Origin: Antedon mediterranea | Lineage: Eukaryota > Animalia > Echinodermata | Assembly (NCBI RefSeq): GCF_964355755.1 | Contig: NC_092672.1 | Coordinates: 18,303,237 to 18,367,236 of the forward strand | DNA: 64,000 nucleotides | Direction of reading: 5' to 3' | Shown: piece by piece, positions 1 to 13,849 of the stretch | How the letters are laid out: the number at the start of each line of letters is the position of its first letter | How positions within the stretch are numbered: the first letter of the stretch is position 1 | Made by a program: the position numbers and the translations under genes | The notes under the pieces: model-generated | Told to the model about the DNA's origin: nothing | The model's database searches: none | The model's input: only the letters and a program-made list of their open reading frames with translations

Positions 1-774
1 ATGGGCAAACCCATATAAAATCTATGGGACGCATCTCCCTATCTGGGCTAAAATACATAATAGACAAGTTCATATAATTGTTCCCATCTGCTGAACATAT
101 TGGCAAGCTGATGTATAATATATGGGACCCATCTTGCATACATATCTGTGCTTACACAAACATTAAACAACCTTTCCCAATAATTTAAAATGTAACATGA
201 ATTGTACACATTTTGACAAAATTGTCCTATTATTGGAAAACATTAATTCAAATATAACATTTACAAAGTATAGTTTCTCAAATACGTCCATTTGAGTCAA
301 TCAAGTTGAATAAAACAAAATTTATTAAGAAGTGTATTCTTAAAACCTCCGTTTATTTGAACTTGGGTGATAAACTTTAAAGCTGGGATGAATCATCATC
401 ATCTACAGTTGGTGTTTTGTTTGAGATTATAAGTTCATGAAACAATTGAATTGAAAACAAAACTATTTTAAGTACTTTATTACAGTAGATAAAAGTTCAA
501 TTAATGATCAAATATGCAATTTAAATTGTATTGTCTTATAAAAATGTTTCTATAATAATATAACAATACGACACAAAATATTAAGTGTGATAAAATATAA
601 AAATGTCTCAAATGGTAGAAAAACTGTACAAATAATAATATATGTATAATCAATTCTTGGGTTTACCATCAATAGCTGCGCCTGAAAATGCTAGACCGTA
701 AGAATTAAGTATCTTAAAGTTTTAGTAGGCCTAGGCCTATACAAATTATAATTTGAAAAGACTCAAGTGGTCGC

Positions 775-970
775 GTCATCTAACGTCACAGCCAATCACC
801 GGCACTCTACGCGGCCATACTCGTATCCGGCCCTGGGACTGGTCAGTGGCGAGTGACGTCACGGCCAGTCCCCCGCACGCGGGGGGCGTAATTTTTTTTT
901 CCAGGACGAACGTGGGCAATTTACATAAATGGGCGTGGCTTAACCCCCAACTACTCTCGCGCATGCGCGT
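775..970 (+). promoter_or_regulatory. CpG-rich promoter-like region upstream of the MULE transposase gene
   Basis: CCAAT (~792), CRE TGACGTCA (854-861), GC-box GGGCGTGGC (931), NRF1-like GCGCATGCGC (~959), and hairpins gggactgg..ccagtccc and ccccgc-ac-gcgggg within AT-rich DNA, just before a putative first exon ending in CAG|GTAAA (~1083). Confidence 0.45.
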
Positions 971-2220
971 ATTGTCTAAAAAAAGTTTTACTTTAAGTAG
1001 AGAGAGTATGCAGAGAGATGGCGAGTTGTTTAGCTGGGAATGCTTGCGCTGATCTAAAACTCGATACATGTCCTCGATTGCAGGTAAATTTTATCTCATC
1101 TTGTTTGAATGATGCATTGTTTTTCATGGGAGCTTATTAAGTTATTTTTTGACCCAAAATGTTCAACGAATTTCACAAAAAATGCAGTAGAATTGGTCTC
1201 ACACAATCGATCGGTAGCCTAGTTCAGGTAGTGCATGGAGGTATAACTCCATGGGTAGTGTGTGTAGTGTTTGTTGTATACACAATAAATTACATGCGCG
1301 TGTACACTGTTACTTGTTGTACGACTACCTATATAGGCCTACTCTAGTTATACTCATACATATAGATGTTGAAATGTTGTATAAATCTCATGGTATTAAA
1401 ACAATCACCCCAGTGTGTCATTCGGGCTGCAGCGTGGTCTGTGTGGCATACTGCTGGATAATGTGTGTAATGTAAAAAATGGTTCTGAAGCAGAAATAAA
1501 CAAATGAGAACAGGGTACCATATGTATAATTACATGGTATATGTAGATCTGTCCATAACCTATGACATCTTTCCCAGCCCAGTAGAGCATAGCCCTACAT
1601 ATTAAAAGCAAGTCATTTGCTTTTAAAAAGGACAACGTTTGGCTTGATAATGGGTTCATTACTACAAGTACAACACTTAATTTCATCATAAACACACCCC
1701 TTTTAATATTATTCTTTCTTTAGAGTTTTGGATTGCAACAACAAGGACAAACAAGTAAAATACATACACGTTTGTTTTCGTCATAAGATGTTGGTTGCTC
1801 TAGACCTGTATTTTGTTGAATGTTTTGAGGTCTGTCACATCACCAGCATACTGATTAAGGCCATTTTTATGCCATTAAAGCCATCTGATTATAAATTAAT
1901 TTCTCTTACAGATAATACTTCCAGAATTGCAATCAGGTCACAAGTATAAAATTTGCCACTATGAAGAAAACTGAAATTCAATGCTATGTACCCTAAGGTT
2001 ACCACTCACCTCTGCTGAAGAAACACTAAGGTGGCTTAAAGAGTTTGAAGGAACTTCTTACTCAACATGGAGGACAAACAAAACATATCCAAATAGCGGA
2101 CAAAAAAATGTCTTCCGGGTATGTACAGAAATTTGTCTCGTATCGTGTGTGAAAGTTGTGACAGCTGTAAGGATATTATTTTAACTGTTGATAGTTGTCA
2201 GTTTAAATTACTACTTGGGT

Positions 2221-3250
2221 TTTGTTTTGTGTTTTTTTTGTTTTTTTTTATCTTTTGTGGTTAACCACCACCTTTATTCATTCAATGAATAAAACAACAA
2301 TTACAGAATCTCTAAGCATTTTCTACATTTTTTCGCTATTTTCTTATTTTTATCCTCTTTAATATTAATAATAATTTTAATATTTTGGCTTATACGTAGT
2401 ACCCAATATTTTCTTAATGTATATATTTGTTTTGTCTAAAATATATGTTTACATTATTTTCTGCATATTTTTTTATGTTATCTATTACAAAATATATTGC
2501 ATTAATAAAAAGTTGTTTACTTATGAAACGTTTGTTAACTAATTATTTATCATAATTTCTGTGTCTTTTAGTTTATATATTTATATATATATATAATATC
2601 AACACATTCACACACACCGTATATATATATAGAAATACATACCATATATAAATATTTCTCATTCTCACAAATTTCATGGATTTGTTTGTCCTCCATCGTT
2701 TCAAATTAATTAATTATATTTCAGTATATCACCGGGCGGTTTAGAATTCATGTTCTATGCCTGATGTGTTTATATACATACACACATATATACCCATAAA
2801 ATGCATACACATATGAATAAAATTAACATTAAAATTAAGAACGATAAAAAATATACACAAATTTACAAAACAAAAAACAGAAATTAATTCATTAATGAGT
2901 TTGCTATTTGTATTTCCAGTAACTATATTAGTCCAACTTGAAAAGTTGTGTTGTGTTTCGTTAACAGGAATTTATCACTAACAGCTAATTTCCATAGTTT
3001 TGTTTTTGTTTTTATTAGAGGTTTTGAAGAATTATCATGAATTCGATAAAAGTTCACATTGCAGCAAGGAATTTTGTATGGTTTGATTTGGACAGGATAA
3101 AGATCTTTAATAAAATAGCTATGATAACAAGTTCTAAATCAGATGGGCACAAATGCTGTTTTGCAATATTGTACCAAATACTCATCATCTGAAGTCTGCA
3201 AACATTACTTTACGTAATAAATATTTTCTACATATCATCAGTTTGATAAT
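2221..3250 (-). mobile_element. Decayed L1/Tx1-like LINE 3' fragment in a MULE intron
   Basis: T-rich tail at 2221-2250 (poly-A on the - strand) with AATAAA at ~2273; degraded ORF2-like peptides on - (KLWKLAV, AILLKIFILSKSNH). Confidence 0.45.
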
Positions 3251-3998
3251 TATTGTCCTGTTTTTAATGGATGGAACCTGCCACCTCCTGATTGACATGA
3301 TGTATGTTTTCTTATAACAGGTTGACTTGCATTGTCACCATAACACCCATCCACGATCCTCAACAGCTGACCTGAAGAAAGGTTCCAAAAACACCAACTG
3401 CCCGAGCACAATGTTTGTCATAGTAAAGAGGACAGCTGACTGTCGTGGTCGAAACAGGTAAGCATGATTGTTTTTAAAGAAATTTAAAAGACATGACGGT
3501 ATAGAAACAATACATTGACGCAAATTTTAAAAATGTAAATGTTAGGCCTATTAATTTGGCACTGGTTCTAATCCTCCTGAGAAAAAGCGACCATCTGCAA
3601 GAAAATTGTGTTAACCACCAGTTTAATCACTTCATTTCTTTGAGTTGAAATATGTTGTACCAATTCAAATGATTTATGGATTTAAGGATTTATGTGTGTC
3701 TTAATATCAACACACACAGTTTACTTTTGTTTAAATTGTTTTCCCAAGTTCCTGTACTGTCTGTCTCTGATGATTCATTAAAGCCAATGCATCAGTTACA
3801 GCTTAAATTTTTGTTTTAACTGTTCAGGTCTAAAGATAAACACATAGGGCAAGGTTATCCAACAATCATAACCTTGAAGTGGGATCACAACCATGAGGTG
3901 GCAAGTGCTGATGCCCTTCGAGAAAGGGATGTAAGTGATGGTGCAACGGAGAAGCTTCTTGGGCTCTACAGATCAGGCCATTCACCATCATCTGCTCT

Positions 3999-6900
3999 TA
4001 GTATCCCTATTTTAAGTCTAAAAAGGGCCAATCTGGGAAAAAATTAGAAACAAGTGTTTCTCAACTGATTTGAGTTATATAGGTTCTATATATCCACCAA
4101 AAAAAAGTTCCAGCTCATCTGGCCTGGGGAAAGCCGCCATTTTGGATTTTTAAAATGGCCGCCATAAAATACATATTTTTGCTCATATATCAGCTTCCAC
4201 ATCATGTATGGATATGATTTTAGTGGCAAAGTATATGTTTTGAGGGTCAATGAATCCAAATACAGCATTTTGAAGTTTACTGAATGTCTGCCATCTTGTT
4301 TTTCAAAATGGCCGCCATAAAATACAGATTTGTACTCATCTCAAATTCTATATCGTGTATCAACGTGATTTTAGTGACAAAGTGTAGTTGTGAGTATCAA
4401 GAAATCGAAAAACAGCATTTTCATAATTTACTCAATGGCCGCCATTTTGTTTTTCAAAATGGCCGCCATTTGTTTTTCAAAATGGCCACCATAAAAATAC
4501 AGATTTTTGCTCTTATCTCAGCTTCCACATAATGTATGGAAGTGATTTTGGTGGCAATGTATATATTTTGAGGGTCAAGGATTTCAATTACAGCATTTTT
4601 TTAAGTTCATTTAATGGCCACCATTTTGTTTTTCAAAATGGCCGCCATAAAATACAGGTTTTGCTAATTTCGTAGCTCATATAAATAATGAAGACATGAT
4701 TTTGATAACTAAGTCTATGTCTTGATTGTTACAGAATAAAAAATCAGCATTCTAAAATACAGAGTCGCCGAAAGTGATCAGATCTTCTTATTCCATTTAG
4801 GACCAAATTCATAGTTGAAGGCTACTGCTCCACTGGCTTTAGAGATGTTGCTTTTTTTTGCATACAGTTTGTTAAATACAGTAATAGTTTTAAAATTCCC
4901 AATCAAACTGGCACAACCGGGGGCACAACATATAATAATAACAACATTTATGTACAATCCCCTTTGTCTAGTCTCCGAGATCTATCGCTATCACAATCCT
5001 CATTATTATTATGTCAACGTCGTGAGTTAATCACAAGATCGAGTTCCATACTGATTACGACCAAAGAGGTACACAAGAAAATACCAGAGAGTGTACTGTA
5101 ACTATCATTCGCGAGAAGAAACTAATAAACAAGATATTCTAAAGAAGTTACATAGACATGTAAAGATATTTTCCAAATATAAAGAGAAGCATGGCCAACT
5201 TGCAGTTAAAAGTACAACTTATGGATAAAGCAAGTAACATATCTTATGAATACATAGTAATACACTGGGAGATCAACACTAGTCACCCTAAATGGTCTGC
5301 ATTTATGTTTAAATCTAGCTGCTTATCTGCCATCAGAATAACCTTCGATCAACCAATGTGACGTAAAGTAATGCAAATAGTTAGAGAAAGAAAACTGCCA
5401 TTTGTCGTCAAACTCGAAAGATTCTTAAGAGCTTTCTGGGAAAGTCAAAAAGATATCAAGAACATTTAAGCTGTGGCTGTATCATTAGATGGTATAACTT
5501 TTTAGGCATGATTGTGCAATTGGGAGCTCCAGGTTCAGATATAGCATCTACAGTATGCTTTCATATTTGCAGCAGCTGGTCATGGCCAAAATGCCAAAAG
5601 TGGAAGGCTATATCTGGAAATGCTGAAAGACAAATTTCAAGATACATAAGGTTTTCTCTATTGTGAGAGTGTCTGAAAACTGATTCTTCACCATTATAAC
5701 ACGTTGCATGATATCCATTCTTTTGGAACATCTTGTATTGTATGCATATGGAAATTTGTCTTTTAGGCATATTGGCCATCATAGTCAATTGTCCTATACT
5801 GTGTCTACATCTGGAGACAAAATGGTACATCCTCATCTCGTGTCATCATTATATGATACATAGCTTCATCCTCTTAGAGCTTTAGAATAGACAGCTCTCT
5901 TTAAAGTAGGTTATGCACAACTTCAAAACCTCAACCCACCATTATGTCCAATATAACCAAGAAAGCTCCTGAAAAGATAAACTCCTCCATGTTTGATTAT
6001 TATGACTGATAGATAAGCAGCTAGATATACGTTTTCAGAGTGGCTGTACCATTGTATAAACTGTTGACATATTAATTGGATAAAAAAGAATGATCGGCAT
6101 AAACTATCTTCGATTTGTCCAGTTATCGCATTATACCTACATGCATAAATCCAGACCAGTTATGAAATATCATTAAAATTACAAGAAATATTAACACCCA
6201 ATTATTTTACTGGGCCTTTGGTCCATGAAATACTTTTCTCAGATGACGTTTTATAGTCGCAGTTTCTTAACGATCCTATTCTCATAATGTTACTTTTTTC
6301 ATAATTAATTCTGAGTCCAGAATATATAGAAAATTCATCCAGTATATCTATAATCGGTTTAATTGAGTTTTGGTGTTTGAGAAAAACACAGTGTCATCTG
6401 CAAATTGGCTAATTCTTATGTCTACATTATGGTGAAGTAGTGTTAGTCCCCAGTGTATTAGGTAACCATCCATTCAGTCACATAAGATGTTGCTTTAAAT
6501 TGCTTTACTTGCTTTATCTATAACGTATCTGATTGGAATATGCTTAACTAAAGTTGGCCATGCTTCTCTTTAGGATTTGGAAAATATCTTAAAATGTCGT
6601 CTAACAAACTTTTTTAGAATATTTTATTTTTAGGTTCTTCACGCGAATGATATAGTTACAGTACATCGCTGATATCTTCTTGAGTACAGTATCTCCTGGG
6701 GTATCTCCTCCATAATCATTGTGGTTCCCATATATTATCACCAACATATTGACTTATTCTCGTCATCACTTTCCAACTGTATTTCAAAAGCTGAATTTTG
6801 TTTTTATTCTGTAATCTTCAAAACATAGGCTTAGCAAAATCATAATCATAGTAGCTCATAAATTAGCAAAAACCTGTAGCTTATGGCCACCATTTTGACA

Positions 6901-7652
6901 ATCAAAATGGTGGCCCTTGAGTGAACTTCAAAAAGCTGTATTTAGATTTCTTGACCCTCAAAACATAAACATTGCCACCAAAATCACTTCCATGCACGAT
7001 GTAGAAGCTGAGGTACGAGGACAAATCTGTAAATTTTATGGCAGCCATTTTGAAAACAAAATGGCAGGCATTAGGTGAACTTTAAGATACTATATTTGAA
7101 TTCCTTGACCTTCAAAACATATACTTTTCTATCAAAATTACGTTCATATGATGTAGAAGCTGAGATATGAGGAAAAATCTGTAAATTTTATAGCAGCCAT
7201 TTTGATTTTCAAAATGGCGGCCATTGGGTGAAATTCAAATTAATGCTGTATTTGGATTCCTTGACCGTCAAAACCTACATTTTGCCACCAAAATCATGTC
7301 TATACATGATATAGAAGCTGAGATAAGCACAAATCTGTATTTTAAGGCGGCCATTTTGAAAAACAAGATGGCGGTCATTGAGTGAACTTCAAAATGCTGT
7401 ATTTAGATTCCTTGACCCTCAAAACATACATTTTGCCACCAAAATCATTTCCATGCATGATGTAGAAGAGGAGATATGAGCAAAAACCTGTATTTTACGG
7501 CGGCCATTTTGAAATCCAAAATGGCGGCTTTCCCCAGGCCAGATGAGCTGGAACTTTTTTTTGGTGGATATATAGACCCCATATGACACAAATCAGTTGA
7601 GAAACACTTGTTTCTAATTTTTTCCCAGAGAAAGTGTAAAATGGGGATACTA
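3999..7652. mobile_element. Non-autonomous Academ-type foldback DNA transposon
   Basis: Termini TAGTATCCC...GGGATACTA with 3-bp TSD TCT (3996-3998 / 7653-7655). Removal restores the MULE frame S-A-L-D-T. Long imperfect TIRs carry ~120-bp AAAATGGCCGCCAT subrepeats. TAG termini with a 3-4 bp TSD are Academ hallmarks. Confidence 0.8.
6060..6500 (-). pseudogene. L1/Tx1 reverse transcriptase fragment inside the Academ element
   Basis: The - strand reads HNVDIRISQFADDTVFF and LDEFSIYSGLRINY. Confidence 0.65.
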
Positions 7653-9552
7653 TCTGGATACCATCAAATATGATCTTCAAGAAGGCTGTACAAATGTTGA
7701 GTACACAAGAGTCTCTGCAGACAGAGCCCATTGCCCTGATTTGCAGTCCTGTTACAGGTAACATTCTGTCTATGCTTTTCAAAGTTCTACATTGCTCTTT
7801 TCAAAATTGTATACAGTTTGGGAACAGGATGTTTGATTGATCTTCAGGGTCTATAGAAACAAGTAAAAATGCTTGAAGCATTCCAATTTGTCCGGGCTGC
7901 TTAGTGGACGAAAACAAAAAACTTTAGTTTACTTTTATTCTTTTAGCAGGTAAATAAAAAAGGTTGAAGAGGGAAACATATATGCATGATAAGTGCTTTT
8001 CAAGGGGGTTTTAGGAAACGTGGTCTTCCCGATGTCGGAAATTTTGAGGGCATTTTGACACCCCTTTATAACAACCTGAAAATCGACTGAGTTGAACAAT
8101 TTTGGTTTACTTCAAGAAATCTGCTCGGTACTCCCAAAAGACCAAAGAGGGTATATGAAGAGATAAAGTATTATCGATTCTATTCAATGCAAAATAATTT
8201 TCAGCAAGTATTTATATAGTATGCAAGCAACAAAAAATGTATACCTAATTTTTGGTATGTGTTATCTTTTTTTGATTTTAGGGTATTTTACAAGGAATTC
8301 AGGACACACTATGGGGACACCGGTGGAGCAAAAATGATGCTATTCCTTGACAAAAAGGTTCAAGATTTTAATGAGAACCACAATGATGAATGTGTAAAGC
8401 TAGAGACAACCTGTGATGGCCAGACCGTCATTGCTATTTGCACACCCCTTATGAAGCGAGTACACTCTATGTGGAAAATCAGTAAAGAGATGGTTTTTGT
8501 GGACTCCTCTGGCAACATGGATCGCCAGAACTGCAGAGTCTTTTTATTGCTGATGCATAGCCCTGCTGGTGCTCTTCCACTTGGTGTTTTAATAACATCT
8601 TCAAGCTGCTTCATTCAATTTTACCAGAGAGTGCTTTCTTCAATGCAAGTAATGGTCCAGGTATATTTATGACAGATGATTGCACATCACTTCGATTGGC
8701 CCTGCATGAAGTTTATCCTAATTCTGTCTTGCTGCTGTGCCATTTCCACTTGCTTCAAGCCATGTGGAGATGGCTGTGGGACAGCAAGCACAAGATTGAT
8801 AAAAATGATCGACCCCATCTCCTTAACATCTTCAAAGCCATGGTGTATGCTGAGACTGAGGATGACCTACACAGCATGTTCAAAAGAACAACAGAAGCTG
8901 ATGCTACTTCCCTAAAGTATCCAGGCTTTGTAGCTCATGTGAATGAAATCTATGAGCGCAGAGTGACATGGTCACTAGCCCACAGGAAAGATCTGAGAAC
9001 AAAGGGCAACAACACTACAGCTTATTGTGAAGCTGCCATGAGAATTCTCAAAGACAAAATCTTCTACAGGCTGAAGGCATTCAATATCTGTCAACTTACT
9101 GATTTTGTTCTGACCCGGTTGGAAAATTATAATGTAAGAAAGCTGACAGACATCGCCAACAATCGCCTCAACAGCAACAACTTGATTTCTCGATTCTACC
9201 CTTGTCCGAAAGATGTTTCCCCGGATGCTGTCACCAAGCTAGGAAATTGTCAAGAGTACACAGTAAAAAGTGCCAGGGAAAACACTTATTACAATGTGAA
9301 CATGGACATTGGAATCTGCACATGCCCAATAGGTAGAACAGGTGCTCCATGCAAGCACCAAGCAGCTATTATGCACAAATACAGTATAAGAATCAAGCAA
9401 CTTCCTCCCTGTTCAGTCTGTAGACATGAGAAAGCTTTTCTACACAATTGCTACTGGTGGAGATGCAATTGATGACCATTGGTTTCAGCCACTCAGGAGT
9501 GGTATATTGCAGACTGACAACTGCCGAAACATCAGTGTCTCCTCTCCAAAAG

Positions 9553-9690
9553 ATGCCTCATCCACAGAAGAAGCCTCCTCCCTAGAAGGAACCCCCTCAC
9601 TAGAAGGAACCGCCTCCCTAGAAGGAACCTCCTTTACAGAAGGAATAGCCTCCACAGAAGGAACAGCCTCCACAGAAGGGACGTCCTGTA
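9553..9690 (+). repeat. 18-bp coding tandem repeat (ASSTEG-like), ~7 copies, in the MULE C-terminus
   Basis: gcctccacagaaggaaca-type units. Confidence 0.8.
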
Positions 9691-10349
9691 CAGCAGATGA
9701 TGATGCAACCCCAGCTAAAGGTGGCGCACACCATATGGGACAATTACAAGACCCCCAGATCCTCCGCATCCAATCGTTAAGATCACAGGCAACACTGATT
9801 AATCAATTTAGCCAACCAAGCAAGCGTGTGCCACAGGTTGAAGAACAGTATAGAGTGTACATTTAATTCAATCCGACAAGAGCTGAGAAACGGGGATCAT
9901 GAGTTTGAGAAGGCAGTCAAGCATTTCGTCTCAAACTATAACAAGCTCACTACACACAGTCACCTTGTCAGTGCTCTGCATACTTTTGGTAAGTACAGTG
10001 GGGCATCATTAGCATCGAGGTGTAAGGTCAAGGCAAGGGGACTTCAAACATCTAGCAAAATTGGAGTGCAGCCCACATCTGTTGCTAGGCGTAAGATGCC
10101 ACTGGGTGGGAGGAGGCGTTTGACTGTTGGAAGACCATCAAAGGCTGCATTCACCACCGAGCATGGCTATGCTGTTAAACGCAAAACCAACACACCAAAT
10201 AGCATGCATGACCTTCCAAGGAAGAAGCGATCGGCAGCCCCGCACAACCTTTCATTTTGTGTTTTACAAAATGCATCACTCGGCAAAAGCCACACTTCAA
10301 AGTAAATTCTCATAGTACTGCTGTTTCACAGCCCATTTTTATAATGAAC

Positions 10350-10592
10350 ACGTTGAGATTATTTAGAGGGTTAGATTTAGTTGATACCGTAGTTGACACT
10401 TTTTAGAGTGTTAGGTTTTTGTTGATAGTTGACATTATTTAGAGGATTAGGTTCAGTTCATAGTTGAGGTTATTTAGAGGGTTAGGTTCAGTTCATAGCT
10501 GAGGTTATTTAGAGAGTTCGGTTTAGTTGATAGATGATATTATTTAGAGGGTTAGGTTCAGTTCATAGTTGAGGTTATTTACAGGGTTAGGT
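10350..10592. repeat. ~33-bp minisatellite, ~7 copies
   Basis: ttatttagagggttaggttcagttcatagttgagg units. Confidence 0.8.
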
Positions 10593-11140
10593 ACAAAGCC
10601 CTTAATAAAATGATATACCAAACCAAATACTCAAGCAAGAGATTATATTTCGTCATATGATAATATGTAAATACAAATAGCAGTACTGTATGTACTGTAT
10701 ACATTGAATTCTGTAATGAAACAAAAGATACATTAGAAAATAGTAATCGTAATATTTGTATTGTTTTATTTTAACATTTCTCTTTTTCTGATTTATTAAA
10801 TTATATTTACAATTTCTTTTAAAACAGTTATAATAAAGGATGTGCAATTTGAATTTATGTGTATCTGGTTGAGTTAGTCTATTGCCATTATTAGTTAAGA
10901 ATAACATAATGCCATTGAAACTACAAACATCACTTCATAAGGTATCATTAAATAGTCACCTATTTTTCCAATATTTTTTATTTTATACCCATAACACTTT
11001 GGCCAGGAACATTAATATTATTCTTGTAAACTGGTGGTTTACAAAACATCAGCTAGTTGTAAGTACACATATTGATAAACATGAAGACATTGCAGACAGT
11101 GTGACTTTCTTAGATGTCATTAGGTAGTTATTATTTGTGC

Positions 11141-12185
11141 TGTCCGTTTGAGGAGTTTTATTGATCGTAGCGCCCTCTGGGGTCAACTAAGGTTAGCTCT
11201 ACCGCAAGGTTACTTTCTTTTTAACAAGTTAGTCATCTTTGAAAGATGTATCATTAAGATGCAAAGTTACCTGTGTTTATCACCGTTTTAATGTTTTCTG
11301 GTGAGTTTCGGAACCTATATATAGTAGTTATGTTTTTACCTTAGAATCTGATAGTTGTTATTTTGTTAGCTGTTACTTATTATATTAAAAGAATTTTATG
11401 GATCTTTGGTCCAACATGTTACCACGAGGATGACAAGGTGTGGCTCGTCGTTGTTTCGAGCTTCCCGTTAACGAAGAATGTGCACCTACGTTAACGTTGT
11501 ATGCCATATGTTAGCACTGTATGCCGTATGTTAAGCCTAAAATATAACTAGCGTTTATCCATATATATTTTAAGCACTAGAAGGTTATAATTTTATCGTA
11601 TAATTTTCTTAGTTTCTGGTCATTTATAGCTTCTGCTAAAGGACCTCCACTCGCCGATTTTTCTTAGTCATGAATATTTATGAGTTAGTTTAGAGATTGA
11701 GGGCGGTGTTTACCAACGTTATTATAGTGATAATATGTTTCTTTTTAGACATTTTAAAGTTATCCAAGTGATTTGCTCAGATTGAATCCGTATTATGTTG
11801 AGTCACACTCTGTAAGTTTATTTGTAATAATCAGTTGTTATGGTTACATTCGATTGTTCATAGGTTTTGATGTAACTGAAGTGTGTTATGCGTAACGCTA
11901 AACTTTATTGTAAGAAATTGAAGTTTGCAAACAGTTGATAATCTCTGTTTGTAGAGAATGTAATATTTCACCATTCTGACATATTTACTATATAAATCCA
12001 TTAATCATTTTATTCATGATGTTTGTGACTAGACTATGTATCGATTATGTTTGTTTGCAGTTTTACCGCTTTGGAATAAAGACAAAGAAGTACCCGTACT
12101 CAAGTGTTTGTGTTCCTTGGTTATACTCATTGGTATAGAGGGCGTCCCGGCTCCCCAGGTCCAATTACATTATTGCTTTGGAACA
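11141..12185 (+). mobile_element. Solo LTR, probably BEL/Pao
   Basis: TGTCC...GGAACA ends, TAGCGCCCTCT motif, internal GT/AG splice-like sites, AATAAA at ~12076; no TSD found. Confidence 0.5.
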
Positions 12186-12257
12186 ACGAAAATGAGCATA
12201 ACATCATGTACGATGACCATGATTATCTTAATACCAACTAATAATAATACCTAACCC

Positions 12258-12700
12258 TTAAAGATGTATTGTCCCCCAAAAACATAAAAAATGAAATGAA
12301 TAAAATCAGCCTTGAATAGCTCATTTTGCAGTTTTTAAATTATAGTTATTCACTTCTGTAGAAAAAAAACCCAGCAAAAATAACTATTTTACTTATACAT
12401 TTTTGACATTCCAGTTCTCGGCAAAATATTTTTAATAAACCATACTGAAAACAATAACATTATTTATCAAAAACAATCAGGCTTTGCAAGGGATTCCGCA
12501 CACTTAGATAACATTTTCATCCTAAACAGCACAATCCAAAAATATTTAAGTAAAACTTAAGAGGGGATCGAGTATTCTGTTGTTTCGTTGATCTTAAACT
12601 TCCCTTTGACAGCATAAATCAAAATTTTTTATTAACAAAATTAAGATAAATAGGTTTAAGCAATAATAAATTTCATGTAGCAACCACAACTGCTTTTCGA
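12258..12700. mobile_element. One end of a TTAA-specific (Kolobok-like) non-autonomous element
   Basis: TTAA|AGATGTATTGTCCCCC start resembles TTAA-targeting MITE termini; the partner end was not found. Confidence 0.35.
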
Positions 12701-13189
12701 GCTATGTCAGAAATAGCTGCTATTATAGCAGTATTTAACCCTGGCCTTAGACTAAATACTAGCATCAGTAGCATGCTTTCCAAGTAACAGCTATAGGCCT
12801 ACCTAGCAGTAACACTTAACTCTCAGACCTGAGAGCATAACGACAGTCCCACTGTCTATTTTACCAATAATGGCACAACTAGCATTAACTAGCATGGTCA
12901 TAGCACCAAATTAGTAAAAAAATCTGTATGTCTTAACACAGAAAAAAGCAGATACAAACATTTGTTATTTTGTACGCGATTATTTAGATCCGTGAATGGC
13001 TTTCTGTCGCCTCACAACTATTTCAGTCCAAGTACGCATGCGCGAGAGTATTTTGGAGGTTAAGTCACGCCCATTTATGTAAATTGCTCACGTTCGTCCT
13101 GGAAAAAAAAAATACGCGCCCCGGATGTAGTACGTGATGGGCACATGTGCAACTGTATCACCGCACTGGCGGCACTCTGATTAAGGTAG

Positions 13190-13827
13190 TGTGATATAAA
13201 GATATACTTTTATATTTAAGAAATTGACCTTTGTATCGGAATTCAAATAGGTTCACAAACTTGACCCAGAAAGTCCAAAGGAGAGTTTGTCCAGATGTTT
13301 TAATGACCATTTAGTTTATAATAGAGTCCCTAAAGAAAACACTTAGCTTAATTTTGTGACTTTCCCATCGTTAAACCAGGAGTGACTGACACTATTTAAG
13401 TACAGATTTGACAGTGTCATCCATCACAGAAATACCTTATTATACCGTTAATCACTCCCACTTAAACACCCCTGGATCAACTTAGGACCAATCGTTACCC
13501 TCACAGATGATGTAATGACATTATGCAAATGAACTGAGCCAATATACTCCCAAGTTTCAGAAGGGCCCAGACACACCTTACAGCCATTTCACGGAGCACA
13601 CACCTTACAGCCACCTCACGGAGCACACACCTTACAGCCACTTCTCCAGAAGCAGACTAACACACTTCACACCTCACCGACAGCATCATTGATTGTCCGT
13701 TCCTTATCTATACTTATAGTTGTATATTGTACTGAAGTATTATACTGAATAAACAATATATGTGTTACGACAGTCAAGCGAGTTAGAGTCTTTCATTAGT
13801 ACCTCAACAACCCAACATTATATTACA
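13190..13827 (+). mobile_element. Solo LTR of the Gypsy B family inserted in the Gypsy A 5' LTR
   Basis: TG...CA, 4-bp TSD GTAG (13186-13189 / 13828-13831). The empty site ttaagGTAGcaataaaag is present in the 3' LTR at ~31241-31260. Homologous to LTR 44264-44861. Confidence 0.95.
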
Positions 13828-13849
13828 GTAGCAATAAAAGAAGACTTGT

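Larger units (their letters stand above)
1911..10305 (+). pseudogene. Multi-exon MULE transposase pseudogene (WRKY-like Zn finger, DDE core, SWIM finger)
   Basis: Exons ~1911-2118, 3321-3457, 3828-3998+7656-7757 and 8282-10305 with AG/GT ends. Motifs: C..SKNTNCP..HNH, VFVDSSG (D), MTDDC (D), CHFHLLQA (CxxH), TTAYCEAAMRILKD (E), SWIM CTCPIGRTGAPCKH. Disrupted by stops, frameshifts and an Academ insertion. Confidence 0.88.
881..13122 (+). mobile_element. Mutator/MULE DNA transposon bounded by ~90-bp inverted repeats (881-970 and 13031-13122)
   Basis: ggggggcgtaattttttttttccaggacgaacgtgggcaatttacataaatgggcgtggcttaacc...ctctcgcgcatgcg recurs in reverse complement at 13031-13122 and flanks a MULE transposase gene. 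No TSD is visible because the right end is fused to a truncated LTR. Confidence 0.6.

Noticed and set aside
10350-10592. Telomeric repeat (GGGTTAGG)
   Set aside because: The motif is embedded once per ~33-bp unit and is not a (TTAGGG)n tract
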